From contig RHPI01000026.1 of NCBI GenBank assembly GCA_009103225.1, positions 691,103-755,102 on the forward strand: a DNA stretch of 64,000 nt. Reading direction: 5' to 3'. Of this stretch, positions 43,400-55,461 are shown one piece after another. The notes beneath the pieces were generated by a model. The model was not told where the DNA came from. It saw only the letters and a list, made by a program, of their open reading frames with translations, and did no database searches. Position 1 is the stretch's first letter. Each line of letters opens with the position of its first letter. The translations under genes were made by a program, and so were the position numbers. This stretch comes from Chlorokybus atmophyticus. Taxonomy: Eukaryota; Plantae; Mesostigma and Chlorokybus algae.

Positions 43400-44620
43400 A
43401 CAAGGTCCAGTACCCCTGTGGGATACACCTTATAGACAGCGCGCCCGGCGGAGGTGTTGAGGGTGTCGTGTGTAGTCGCCATGCGGTAGACGAAGTCTCC
43501 TCGCTGGAAGCGGCGTTCCCGCTCCTTGTAGAAACTGCTGCGCACACGCTCGTAGCAAAGCGTGTCGCAGTGCTGAGCGATGCGCAAGCTGTGGAAGGCT
43601 ATGGGGACTGTGCTCGAACGGCGCTCTGCGCACTGTCGGATCACGCAGTATCTTGTCGGGGTTGTTGAGAGTGCCCACCACTTTGTCGACCTCCTGCTGT
43701 GCGCGCGAAAGAGCAATGGCTGCCTTCCGAACAGCAAATAGTACGGGCTGTACTCCCGTAGTGCTGTTTGCTTGGATACTTGGACACTCGGTACCCCAGT
43801 GCTACCCATGAGAGGTGGTCATCCCATGTGATCTTCTCGTAGTCGAGGACGTACTTGCGCAAAATCTTCTTGATGGTCTGCACGCTTAGCGAGGCCATTG
43901 GCTTGTGGATCGTCACGTGACGTACGGCGATGGTCGATGAAGCATCTGTCCATGAGCTTATTGAAGGCTCCTCTGAACTCCGTACCTTGGTCGGTGATGA
44001 CTTCAGCACAGCTGCCGAAGCGTTCGAGTACATGGGAGAGGAAAGCCTGGGCTACTCCCTCGCTGCTCTTGTCGGGCAGGGGCACTAGCTCCACCCACTT
44101 GGAGAAGTGCTCGATGATGACGAGGATGTAGCGGTTGCCTTGTGCTGAAGGCGATAAGTCCCCGAAGATGTCCAGTCCCCAGCGGTAGAACAGTCCCGAG
44201 ATGGGGAGGGATGCAAGGTGGCGTTGCGCATATTGAGGCTCGCGCGGACCATGTAACAGTACTGACAATTGCTGACGAACTCGCGCACCTGTTTGTGCAC
44301 CCCATACCAGTACTGAGTTCTAACCAGACTGGCCGTGCGCTTGACACAGAAGTGTCCGAGCTCGATGTGAAGGGTAGCGATGATGCCTTCTCGCGCGGCT
44401 GATGTTTGGACCTCCCTGTCCTCATTCTGTATCCGTCGATACAGCTTGTCGTCGGCCCAGCGATAGCGCTGAGTGCGTTGACCGACGCGGTCCTTCTCGC
44501 GTGTGCTCATGCCTGTTGGACATTGTCTGGTCCGGAGCAGTGCGAGGGATGGCTTGTCAAGCCAGATGTCATGTCGTGTATCGGTGGGTGCCAACTCCTC
44601 ATCGTCCACCTGGGTCGGCG
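43400..44620 (-). pseudogene. Gypsy DDE integrase (Zn-binding region plus rve core), frameshifted
   Basis: HIELGHF...VREFVSNCQYC; WGLDIFGDL...YILVIIEHFSKWVELVPL...VITDQGTEF...PQANGLA; SPYYLLFGRQP. Confidence 0.92.
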
Positions 44621-45376
44621 GTGAGCGCTTCCGCTGATAAGGGGTTGGTAAAGGTGACGGTGAGCCCGAGAGAAGGCACGTCCTCGTTTGCTGCTGCCTC
44701 AGTGGCCTGGGTCTTGCGTCCTGATCTTAGCGCAGCAACAGCGAACATGGCCGCTACACCTGGAGGTGCGGCTGCAGGACCCAACTCGTGTCGGGCTTCT
44801 GTCGCATTGTTGGTGCTGAGGTGGGGGTTGCGACTATCGTTCGGAAGCTAGTGCACACATGCAGCAGGGCTAAACATGACACGCACAACACACCAGCCGC
44901 CAAGGCTTGAGCCAATAGCATTTATCAATCCTTCCTACACATGCAAAGTCCGTGTGCCTTTATACTCTACCAGATTGCACACTCCTACTCTGGAAGATCC
45001 TTTTCCTTCTACACGAGTCTGCATCGGACGCTCTAAGCTGCACCGCATAGCTGATCCCAAGAGCTTTCCAACAAGCTATGCCACGTCTCCAGCAACTAAG
45101 TTCTCAGAAAATTCTAATACTTCTACCGGAGCTCTGGACTGTTCGCCAGACTGTTCGCCAGACTGTTCCAGAGCTCCAAGTCCGGAAACCTCGAGCGTCC
45201 TTTATTAAACTATGCAGATATTGAGCTTTAGACTCACAACTGCTCTATATCAGACCTCTTACTGCAACTGCAACGTGCACAAGGTCTTTACCATTTCTTA
45301 GCACTCGATGCCTGTGTCTGTCGAGGTCGAGCTAACTGGACGTCATTTCTTAATACTCCCACGCAGGCAGCTTGAC

Positions 45377-45847
45377 TATTGTAGGTTTGGACACTATTGA
45401 ACATGCATGGAGTTGGTGCAAGCACAAGCACACACACTCTACCAGAGCATACACACAAGGCTGATCCAAAAAGGCTTTTCAAGGATTACAACAAAGTCAC
45501 ACCGCGGGCTTTTGTACCCGCCAATTCTGCACCTGTCTACTCTAGCAGTCACCACGACTTCTACACTCAACCGATTCCTGCACTTTAAGTTGCACCACGT
45601 GGCTACTTGCAAGAGCTTTCCAACTAGCTATAACACGCGCCATACAATAATGCAACCACCGAGCTACAACGTTTCTTCTACAGCGCCTTGAAGTCTCCAG
45701 ACTCCGGACTCGACTCCGCGCCTTAGACCTTCTCGACTGAAGTCCTCGCCTGGACCTTTCTCGACTGGCACCTTCTCGCGCCTGAATCTTCTCGCGGCTG
45801 TTCTTATCCACAAGGCGAGCTAACCGGATACAAGAATATCCTTAACA
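45377..45847 (-). mobile_element. Solo LTR of family Y inside Copia X
   Basis: 471 bp colinear with 48334-48799 and 50934-51387. Flanks ttgac/tcgac are a 4/5-matching TSD. Confidence 0.85.
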
Positions 45848-48333
45848 TCGACCCAAGCTCCTACTCAAACACAAATGCCAAGACCAGCACAGCATGCCTT
45901 GAACTTCACTGGTGATAGTGCCTTCGTCATGAAGTCCGCGAGCATGTCTTCAGTCTTGCAATACGAGAAGGCAACCTCCTTTCTTGTGACTCCGTCTCGC
46001 ACAAAATGATGCATGACGTCAATGTGCTTCGTGCGTGAAAAAGCGATTCGGTGCTTTAGCAATTTGATGGCGCCTTGATTGTCGCAGTTGATTGTGATGC
46101 AAACCATGGGATGCTCCAGATCCGCCATTAGCTTGCGAAGCCATAATGCTTCCTTCACCGCTGCCATGTACTCCGCTTCTGATGTAGATGCCGCTGTAAT
46201 TGGCTGCAGCCTGCTGTTCCAGCTCACAACTCCTCCGTTGAGTATGAACACATAGCTTGTAGTAGACCTTCTGCTGTCGAGGTCCCCAGCAAAGTTCGAG
46301 TCGCAATAGCCTATCAGCTCAGTGTCGCCGCGACCACACTTGATGCCAACAATAGCGCTTCCCGCCACATAGCGTAGTATCCCCATTACAGCCCTCCCGT
46401 GCTCAATCGACGGTGCAAACATGTAGCGAGCAAGGACTCCAACAGCATGTGCAATGTCTGGACGCGTACACACTGCCGAATAGAGCATGCTGCCTACCAG
46501 CTCACCGTAAGGGTATTGAACCTTGTTAAGTACCTCTCCCTCCTTTGCCTTGACGAGGTTGGTACCGATCGCCAGTGGTGTAGACTTGGTCTTTGCCTCA
46601 GTTAATCCAAACTTGGCAACCAGTCTCTTTACCATCCGCGCTTGGCTGATCTTCATAGTGCGCGCCGCTCTGTTGCGCTCAACGTATCCATTTGCACACT
46701 CGCCACGTGTGCCTTATGAAAATCAGGTGCGCTTTTTTTCCCTCTCAGGATCTGCGAGTTGACTGGTGCTGATATTGCTCCACATTGCTAGCCTCAGTCA
46801 AGTCATGCTCATCCACAGGATGACTGCCGCGCCTTTTGTCTCCACAACCTCAGGAAACTCTTGCGCCCGTGCGTTGTTATCCTCAGGGTAGAAGCCAGCT
46901 TCAAGATGTGATGAACCCTCATGGAACACCACCTTTCTGCTTGCAATGACCTTCGTCTTTTGCTCTAGCAGGATACGGTACGCCTTGAAACCAGGTTCAT
47001 AGCCATCGAAGACTCCCTTCTTGCTAACTGGCTCCAACTTGTGCCTGAGTTGCTTGGGCACCAGTGCATATGCAATGCACCCGAACACACGCATGCCACT
47101 CACATCTATTGCAGAGCCGTAGAAAAGCTCCCACGGTGTCTTCTTCTATTTAAAACTCACAGGTGACCGATAGCGTATGTAATTGGCGGTGAGAACAGCT
47201 TCACTCCACACACTGTCTTTTAGCTGACTATCGTTGAGCATAGCGCGTACACGCTCTATCGTTGTCCTGTTTAGACGCTCAGCCGCTCCATTCTGCTGCG
47301 GTGTATAGGGTGTCGTTGTCTTGCAGCGTATGCCGTTCGTGGCGAAGTACTCCTTCAACTCGTTGTTGACGTACTCCCCTCCTCGATCGCTCCGCATCGC
47401 TTTTACCTTCTTGCCAGACTGCGTTGCCAGCAATGCCACAAAAGTGCGAACAGCTGCAGCAATTTCTGACTTCAACTTTAAAGAAAGGATGACAGAAAGC
47501 TTGCTGTAGTCGTAAAAAAAAATCGCAAAGTACATTATCCCTCCCTTGCTATAACGCGCATAGGCCCGCAAACATCCATGTCCACCAATCTACCAGGATG
47601 CCGACTATGCGAGGCAGATGGCGGGAAAGGCATGCAATGCTTTGCCATCACACATGGTTCACAATGCACACCCGATGCAGCCTCGAAATCCGCCTTTTTA
47701 AGGTTGATGCCATTGACCATGCCTTCAGAGACCAGCCGAGAGGGATTGCCGTAGCTCAGGTGCCCAAATCGGCGGTGCCATAGCTCCGCAGTCTCCTTCT
47801 CTTTCATCGCACAGGCTTGCGCATGACGAGGTTGGTTCACCAGGTAGAAGCTTCAATGCTTAGTGCCTTCCATGCAAACGACCCCATCTAGCCAAACCTC
47901 ACAGCGTCCATTCTCGAACACAATTTTAGCTCCCACGCGCTCAGCGGTCAACACACTAAACAGACTTTCAGCAGCCCCAAGAACGTGCAACACCTCTCGC
48001 AACATGACTTCCCTCAAACTGTCACCAACATGGCATTGCAATCTGACTATGCCAATGCCAATGCCCTTTGGCACCTGACCATCAAAGCCTTCCACCATGA
48101 TTGGATGAGTCAGCTTTGTGTAGCCCTCCAGCAACTCCGCATGAGGGGTAATGTATCTGTCGCAGCCAGAGTCGATCACCCAGCCTCCATATGCATGATG
48201 TCGTCTCAATGCTGCAGCAAATGCGACCGACTTCTCCTTGTCGCCGCCATTGCTGGTGCTTGCGCCTTTCTCCCAATGACGCTTGGTGCAGTTTCCGCTG
48301 ATATGCCCAACCACTCCACAGGTATGACAAGTC

Positions 48334-51300
48334 TATTGAGATTTGGACACTACTGATCATGCATGGAGTTGGTGCAAGCACAAGCACACACACTCTACCA
48401 GAGCATACACACAAGTCTGATCAAAAAAGGCTTTCCAAGGATTACAACAAAGTCACACCGCGGGCTTTTACACCCGCCAGTGCTGCACCTGTCTACTCTA
48501 GAAGTCACCACAACTTCTACACTCAACCAATTCTTGCGCTATAAGTTGCACCACGTAGCTACTTTTAAGAGCTTTCAACAAGCTGTGACATGCGCCATAC
48601 AATGTAACCACCGAGCTACAACGTTTCTTTTGTAGCGCCTGGAAGTCTGCAGACTTTGGACTCAAATCCGCTCATGGAACCTTCTCGACTGAAGTCCTCG
48701 CCTGGACCTTTCTCGACTGGCACCTTCTCGCGCCTGAATCTTCTCGCGGCTGTTTTTATCCACAGGGCGAGCTGACCGGATACAAGAATATCCTCAACAC
48801 TCCCACGCGGGCAGCTTGGCCTTTAACACCTCAAATGCCAACTCCTTGCGTACTCATGCGCGACGAACTCCCATGCCATCATTTGCTCTTCCCATCATCG
48901 TAAAGACACTTCCCGCACCTCTCATGAGCGCCTCCTTGAAGCTCTTCACTTGCACACCCTTGTTGCAACTGTTGGTCATTTACATGTCTCTCCCACGTGC
49001 TCACTCTTGGCAACATTTTGCACAATACCACCACCATGCTCCTCCTTCTTGTCCTTGCTAATGCTAACGCCTGCTTCAGCTCTCACGGGCTCCGGGACTG
49101 CATCTTTAGCCTTCTTGACACCATCAGCAACCTCCACACGTGGAATCACTCCACCACTCGCATGTGACGCGCTCTTGGTCACCATCACTTAAGCTCCCGC
49201 TCCCTTTTCAGCAACAGGCACAACATGCGCCTTCTTCTTCATCTTCTTCACATCCGGTGCTAACTTGGACACCTCCACCTTGGTATTCTTGTGCATCTCC
49301 GCACCCTTGACCTCTTTGATGATGTAGAGCCCTCCAACATTGATGCCAACCAACTCTATGACACCACGCAGCACTACCCTTCCTATGTCCACTAAGCACT
49401 GTCACAGCACCAACTCTCGCCGCAATGAGCACAGAGAATAGGCTACCCTTTAGCCCTGGGACATACGGTACCTCTAAACTACACTTGCCTCGTCCTTCCT
49501 CCAACCTGGGATAGGATCTTCGCTTCTCCTACACCAACAGCAAGCACCTCCGTCTTGCCAAACTTCACCTTGATTGGCTTCTCCAAGACCTTGTACTTCG
49601 CTAACTTCTCACGATCACCCGTCATATGCATCGTGCAACCCGAGTCCAGCACCCAACCAGCTGCCTCACCATCCGTTGATGCATAAAAGGCAATAGGCGT
49701 CTCTTGAACACGTCCTGTCATGGCATGATGCTTTTCTCCACCGCGCTCCTCTTCGTGCTGCTTCCTCATTGAGCAATGCACCCTGATGTGGCCCTTCTTC
49801 CCGCAATATTAGCAGACCCTGTCACTTTTGGACGCTCCACCACCACTACCACCGCCACCATCACCACTAAAACGCCCAGACCCATGCTGAAAATGATCAG
49901 CACCTCTTCCTGAAGTTGCATCGCAGAGAAAGTCGTCGCCTCCGGGCCTTCCTCAAGCTTCTTCGCCAGCCTTGACTCCACCTGCAGCAATCTTGGAACC
50001 ATCTCGTCCACCGTGGGTTCTGCCTCCAGGCCCTCCAAGATCGTGATCACCGTGTCATAGTCTTCAGGCAACCCAGACAGTACTTGCCACACCAACTCGG
50101 ACTCTTTCACCTCATAGCCAACGCCTTGAAGGTCCTTCTGCAACTCTCGTGCACGCGACACATACTTGATAATAGGCTCCGCTGCTCCTTGCTTCTTCAA
50201 CCCAGCAAGCTCTCTCTTCAGCTGCACCTTCCTCGCGCTATTCTTCGCCTTAAAGTGCGATGCCAACTTCTCCCAAGCTTCTCGTGCCATCTTGCAGCCG
50301 TCCACCAACACCAAGTGAAGGTCCTTCATATTGAGGCCGATCAGGGCAAGCGCTCTCCCACTTTGTTGCTTCCACACCGTGCTCTGCCTCATGGGATCTG
50401 CTTCCTCCGTATCCACGTACTCCCATAGGTCTTTGTGCACCAGCAACATCTTCATGTGCACGCTCCATGTGTTGTAGTTGTCCACGTCCAAAGGCTATAC
50501 GGTCACCTTGTCGTAGTTGGTTGCCATCTTCCAGGACTCAACCCAACCTCACAAGACTCAGCTAGAACTCCTTGCCTAGCCAACTGCCGTTATCACGCCT
50601 TTAGACACTTGCTAGACCAGCGTAGTGTGGGCCCATAACCTATTGAGATTTGGACACTATTGATCATGCATGGAGTTGGTGCAAGCACAAGCACACACAC
50701 TCTACCAGAGCATACACACAAGGCTGATGCAAAAAGGCTTTCTAAGGATTACAACTAAGTCACACCGCGGGCTTTTATACCCCGCCAATTCTCGGTCACC
50801 TTGTCGTAGTTGGTTGCCATCTTCCAGGACTCAACCCAACCTCACAAGACTCAGCTAGAACTCCTTGCCTAGCCAACTGCCATTATCACGTCTTTAGACA
50901 CTTGCTAGACCAGCGTAGTGTGGGCCCATAACCTATTGAGATTTGGACACTATTGATCATGCATGGAGTTGGTGCAAGCACAAGCACACACACTCTACCA
51001 GAGCATACACACAAGGCTGATCCAAAAAGGCTCTCTAAGGATTACAACTAAGTCACACCGCGGGCTTTTATACCCGCCAATTCTGCACCTGTCTACTCTA
51101 GAAGTCACCACGACTTCTACACTCAACCGATTCCTGCACTTTAAGTTGCACCACGTAGCTACTTACAAGAGCTTTCTAACAAGCTATAACACGCGCCATA
51201 CAATGATGTAACCACCGAGCTACAACGTTTCTTCTATAGCACCTGGAAGTCTCCAGACTCCGGACTCAAATCCGCGCCTAGAACTTTGTCGACTGAAGGC

Positions 51301-51387
51301 CTCACCTGGACCTTTCTCGACTGGCACCTTCTCGCGGCTATTTTCATCCACAGGGCGAGTTGATTGGATATAAAAATATCTTCAATA
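48334..51387 (-). mobile_element. Non-autonomous Copia element Y nested in the gag of Copia X
   Basis: LTRs 48334-48799 and 50934-51387 (TATTG...CAA(C/T)A); perfect TSD AAGTC; PBS GGTTATGGGCCCA; gag 49766-50491; protease WVLDSGCTMHMTGD. No integrase or RT recognised. Confidence 0.92.
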
Positions 51388-52679
51388 AAGTCAGCTTGCT
51401 ATGTGGATTCCCACCACGACTTGTGGTCTTGTTGTTATTGCCAGTTCTCCGCTGCTTGTTGTGTGCTCCAGACTTTTCTTTGTTGTAGAAAGCCACTGCA
51501 TCTGCGTGATCCTCCTTCCTGCTCTACGGTGAGTAGCTTGGGCAGCACATCGTCCAAGGTTAGGACCGATGACGACGTCTCTAGTAGAGTAAAGACCACT
51601 TGAAACTCAGATGGTAGTCTGGCCTGTACAGCCAGTACCACGTCCTCCTCCTCCACTTTGTTGCCAACAACCATGAGGTCCGCCAAGAGATCCCTTGCAC
51701 GTGCCACATATTTTGTGAACGGATGGAGTTCAGCTGCTTCTTCAGGGTCAGCTTCCTTGCGTTGAATCTAGCCTGGTACAGGGATGCAAGTTTTTTTCCA
51801 AGCTTGCTTACCATGCTCACATGCAGACAGCATGGGAAACTGATGCGTTTTCAACACTATCAAAGCCTGCGCCTGTAATGAACTCTCAAGCCAAACAAAG
51901 TGCTCCTGGTTGTGGTGCTGTCGCCTTCGGATCCGCATACTTCACACTTTCTTGTGTATCAGCAACGCCTTTATCTCCACACACCAGATATTATTAGTTG
52001 TCGGTGTCCAGCTTTGCAATTTGCCCCTTGCCGTAGCTAGTTTCCATCTTGGTTGAATGCGCCTCTCCAGCCAGTCAACACTCAGGACTATGCTAGAAAC
52101 ACAGCTACCAGTGTACCACGCTTCCACTAACTCGCACTCTTCACGCGTAGAGTGGGCGCATAACCTATTGTTTTGAAGCTGGTGCACACATGCAGCAGGG
52201 CTAAGCATGACACGCACAACACACCAGCCGCCAAGGCTTGAGCCAATAGCAATCACTATTCCTTCCTACACATGCAAAGTCCGTGTGCCTTTATACTCTA
52301 CCAGCTTGCACACTTCTACTGGAAGATCCTTGTCCTTCTACACGCGTCTGTATCAAACGCCCTAAGTTGCACCGCGTAGCTGACTTCAAGAGCTTTCCAA
52401 CTAGTTATGCCATGTCTCCACCAACTAAGTTCTTAAAAAGTTCTACTACTTCTACCGGAGCTCTGGACTGTTCGCCAGACTGTTCCCGAGCTCCAAGTCC
52501 GGCGTCTTCGAGCGTCCTTCATTAGACTATGCAGATATCGAGCTCTAGACTCACAACTGCTCGATATCATTCCTCTTACTGCAATTGCAACGTGCACAAG
52601 GTCGTAACCATTCCTTAGCACTCGATGCCTTCGTCTGTCGAGGTCGAGCTGACTGGACGTCACTCGTTAATAGCGGCTA

Positions 52680-53885
52680 AAGCCGTCTGCGTCTTGATTG
52701 GACAGGCTTGTTCGAAGCTCCACCTCAAAGTTATACTGCTGCAGTAGTAGTGCCCACCGTGCCAGCTTGCCTGTTAGGTGCTGGTCATCAGCCATTTCAG
52801 TGGTTGGTGGTCGGTGATCAGATGGATATGTCGTTCAAACAGAAAGGGGCGGAAGAAGAAGATGACCCATACAACAGCGAGCCCCCCCTTGTAGCTGCTG
52901 TAATTGGCCTCAGCGCTATTATTGCTGCGGCTGGCATACGACACTACGCGCTCCTTCTTTTTGTCATTGTGCTGCATGAGCACTGCTCCATGCCGAGCTT
53001 GCTCCAATCTGTGTGCAGGATGAATGACCTATCGTAGTTAGGTCGCTGAAGAATGGGAGCTGTGGTGAGTCGGAGCTTCAGCTCCTTGAAGGCCTCTTGT
53101 TGTGCCTCCTTCCACAGGAACTCCGTGTCCTTTCACAGCTTGTCACAACGGTTGAGTGGCCGCGCGGGCTTTGCAAAGTCCTTGACGAAACGTCTATAGT
53201 AGTTGGCAAGGTCGAGGAAAGCACGCAGTTGCGTGAGATCTGTGGGGGCAAAGATGGCCATTGGTGCCTCCACCTTGCTCTGCTGTACATACACACCGTG
53301 AGGCACAATCATGTGCCCTAGGTAAGGTACCTTGTGGGTAAAGAAGGTGCACTTGTCGGGGTGCACCGTTATCCCTACTTCCTTCAGTCTCTGTAGCACC
53401 TCCTCGATATGCCTGAGATGCTCCTCATTGCTGCGACTAAAAATGAGGATGTCGTCGATGTAGCAGCGTGCGAAGTCCAATCCCTTGACGGCTTTGTCCA
53501 TGACGCGCTGAAACTTGGCAGGGGGAAGGAGCATTCTTCAGTCCGAAGGGCATGACCTTCCACTGGTACAGCTGGTTGCCCTGGCAGGAGGTCTTGTGCT
53601 TGTCCTCCTCCTTAATGGCAATCTGGTTGTACCCTTGGCGCATGTCAAGGATACTGAAGACTGTACAGTTCCCTACATCATCAAAGATACCATTTGCAGT
53701 AGGCAATGGATACATGTCTTGCTGTTGAGGGGGCGGTTACCGCATATACGCCGGTTTGTCCAGTTGCCTGCTAACTCCTTCTTCATGGGCATGACGGTCG
53801 CGGCCGCAAAATTCGATGTGGACTCCTCGATCAGGCCTGCATGTAACAAAGCCTTGCACCTCTGCTCCACCAAGTCTTCTTCCAA
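52680..53885 (-). pseudogene. Gypsy RT and RNase H, frameshifted
   Basis: FSILDMRQGYNQI, VMPFGLKNAP, CYIDDILIFS, KCTF...YLGH, LRAFLDLANYYRRFVKDFA; RVVSYASRS...NYSS...LITDHQPLKWL. Confidence 0.95.
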
Positions 53886-54249
53886 CTTGGAGAGTCCGTA
53901 TCAACATCGGAACACCCGTTCGGTGTCCACCAACTTGATGTCTATCAGGTAAACTGAGCAGCTGCCCACCTCCTTCACGCTGAAGCTAAACTGTCCCTAC
54001 TTGTCGGGGAGAGCCCCGAGTTGTTCTCGTGTTTAGCTTGTAGCCAGCGGTCTAATGGCATGGGACCAAGAGGTAGCATTGGCGACCACTGGAATGACCT
54101 CCACAATGACTGTTGCCTGCTCCTCCATGTGGGCAATCTCAAGGGCGGTGTGCCGCTTTAATCTTTTGAACGCGAGCAGCCCACCCCCCCGCTAGGTGTT
54201 CGAGCTCCTGGAAGAACACATGGCGGTCCTGAAAAATAATGCACATCTC

Positions 54250-55215
54250 GAACAACCACACCATGCTGCTCTGGTCTATGGCGTGCCCCAAGAGCTGACA
54301 CTGCTGACTGTCGGTCAGCATGGAATCTGTGATACTGTTTGAACATGATCATATGGCGTTCAAGCTCACGAGCATTGGGTTCCTTTAGCCAGCCTGTGTT
54401 GGAATCCAACACTATGCCGTCGCTTTCGTCGCGGAAGGCGTATGAATATAGGTAAGACACCAGAGTTGGGAGCGCACGGCGCGGTTGACCAGGCTGGTTG
54501 CACTAATAGAAGTGCTGGTGATCGTGACGCGTGATCGGTTGTATTGTGCGCCCAGGGTTCAGGATGGCGTCGACGGTGAGATTGCGTGGACGATTGCTAT
54601 GCAGATGCTTAGCAGCAAAGAGATCCTCCACTGTGGCCAGATTGGTCTATTTGGCGCGGACACGATGAGCACGGGATCCATGACGCGCTGCATTAATTTT
54701 GAGAGGATGCCCCAGCAAGGAGCACACCTGTCAACAGCTGTTGGCCACGTGATGACACTTATCGTCCTCGGAGTGCACGTTCTTTATAATGTACCCTATA
54801 GGCCTGAAAATCTGGTTGCTCTGCAGGAGTTTGATGACGTGCATCAGCTCCCATAGCGGTTGCGAGCGAGGATTGGAGAGTCCTTAGCCTTTGCCTGCTC
54901 TAGAGTGTCCTTGACACTCCCATCCTGCTATCAGCAGGTCCATGTTGCCCACAGCTAGGGGGTGATCTGCAGTGATGTTAAAAGGATGTTTTGTGCCAGT
55001 GTCTTCAGACTGCCTTGCAGTGCTAATAGTGGCAGCTGTTGCGAGTAGCACTCGTGTAGGCGGCGCAAGTGGTTGCTTAGGGCAATCAGTGCATGTGGAT
55101 CAGGGTCACAGTATAGGTACTTGGTGACCGTCGCGCTGGAGTTGAGAACAGCGGCGAGGCCACTACCAATACCTCTAAACAGTTCCAACACGGTGATGCC
55201 TTGTTGTCGGCAAAA
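54250..55215 (-). pseudogene. C5 cytosine DNA methyltransferase domain inside the gypsy pol, between protease and RT
   Basis: Motif I VLELFRGIGSG; motif IV DLLIAGWECQGHSRAG (54899-54940); motif VI-like YIIKNV (E to K); motif VIII-like HGSRAHRVR; motif IX-like EPNARELER; motif X-like QLLGHAID. In-frame stops are present. Confidence 0.88.
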
Positions 55216-55461
55216 CACGTGGAACTCCATTGCTCCAATGGCCTTCGGGTATTGCTCCTAGACCGCAGTTTGGTCCTTGTACATGTGCGGCCACTTGTGC
55301 GCGCCAACGGCGTTCACATGATTTTTGTTAGTCCACTTTATCGGTGGCATCCTCCTGAGACTCATCATATGGGATAGGAGAGTCCCGATTATGGTTGTGG
55401 GTGGCCTCTGCCGCTGATCTAACAGTGGTTGTCGAAGCCGACTGGTAGGTGGCTGTTGCAG

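Larger units (their letters stand above)
44835..52672 (-). mobile_element. Copia element X nested in the gypsy RNase H-integrase linker
   Basis: LTRs 44835-45355 and 52169-52672 with TAT...ATA ends; TSD gcgac/gcggc; PBS GGTTATGCGCCCA. Domains: gag (51435-51820), WVIDSGC protease, LWHRRFGH, integrase (47146-47571), RT C-terminus/RNase H (45865-46656). Most of the RT is deleted. Removing the element restores gypsy ADGFSRNP. Confidence 0.92.
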
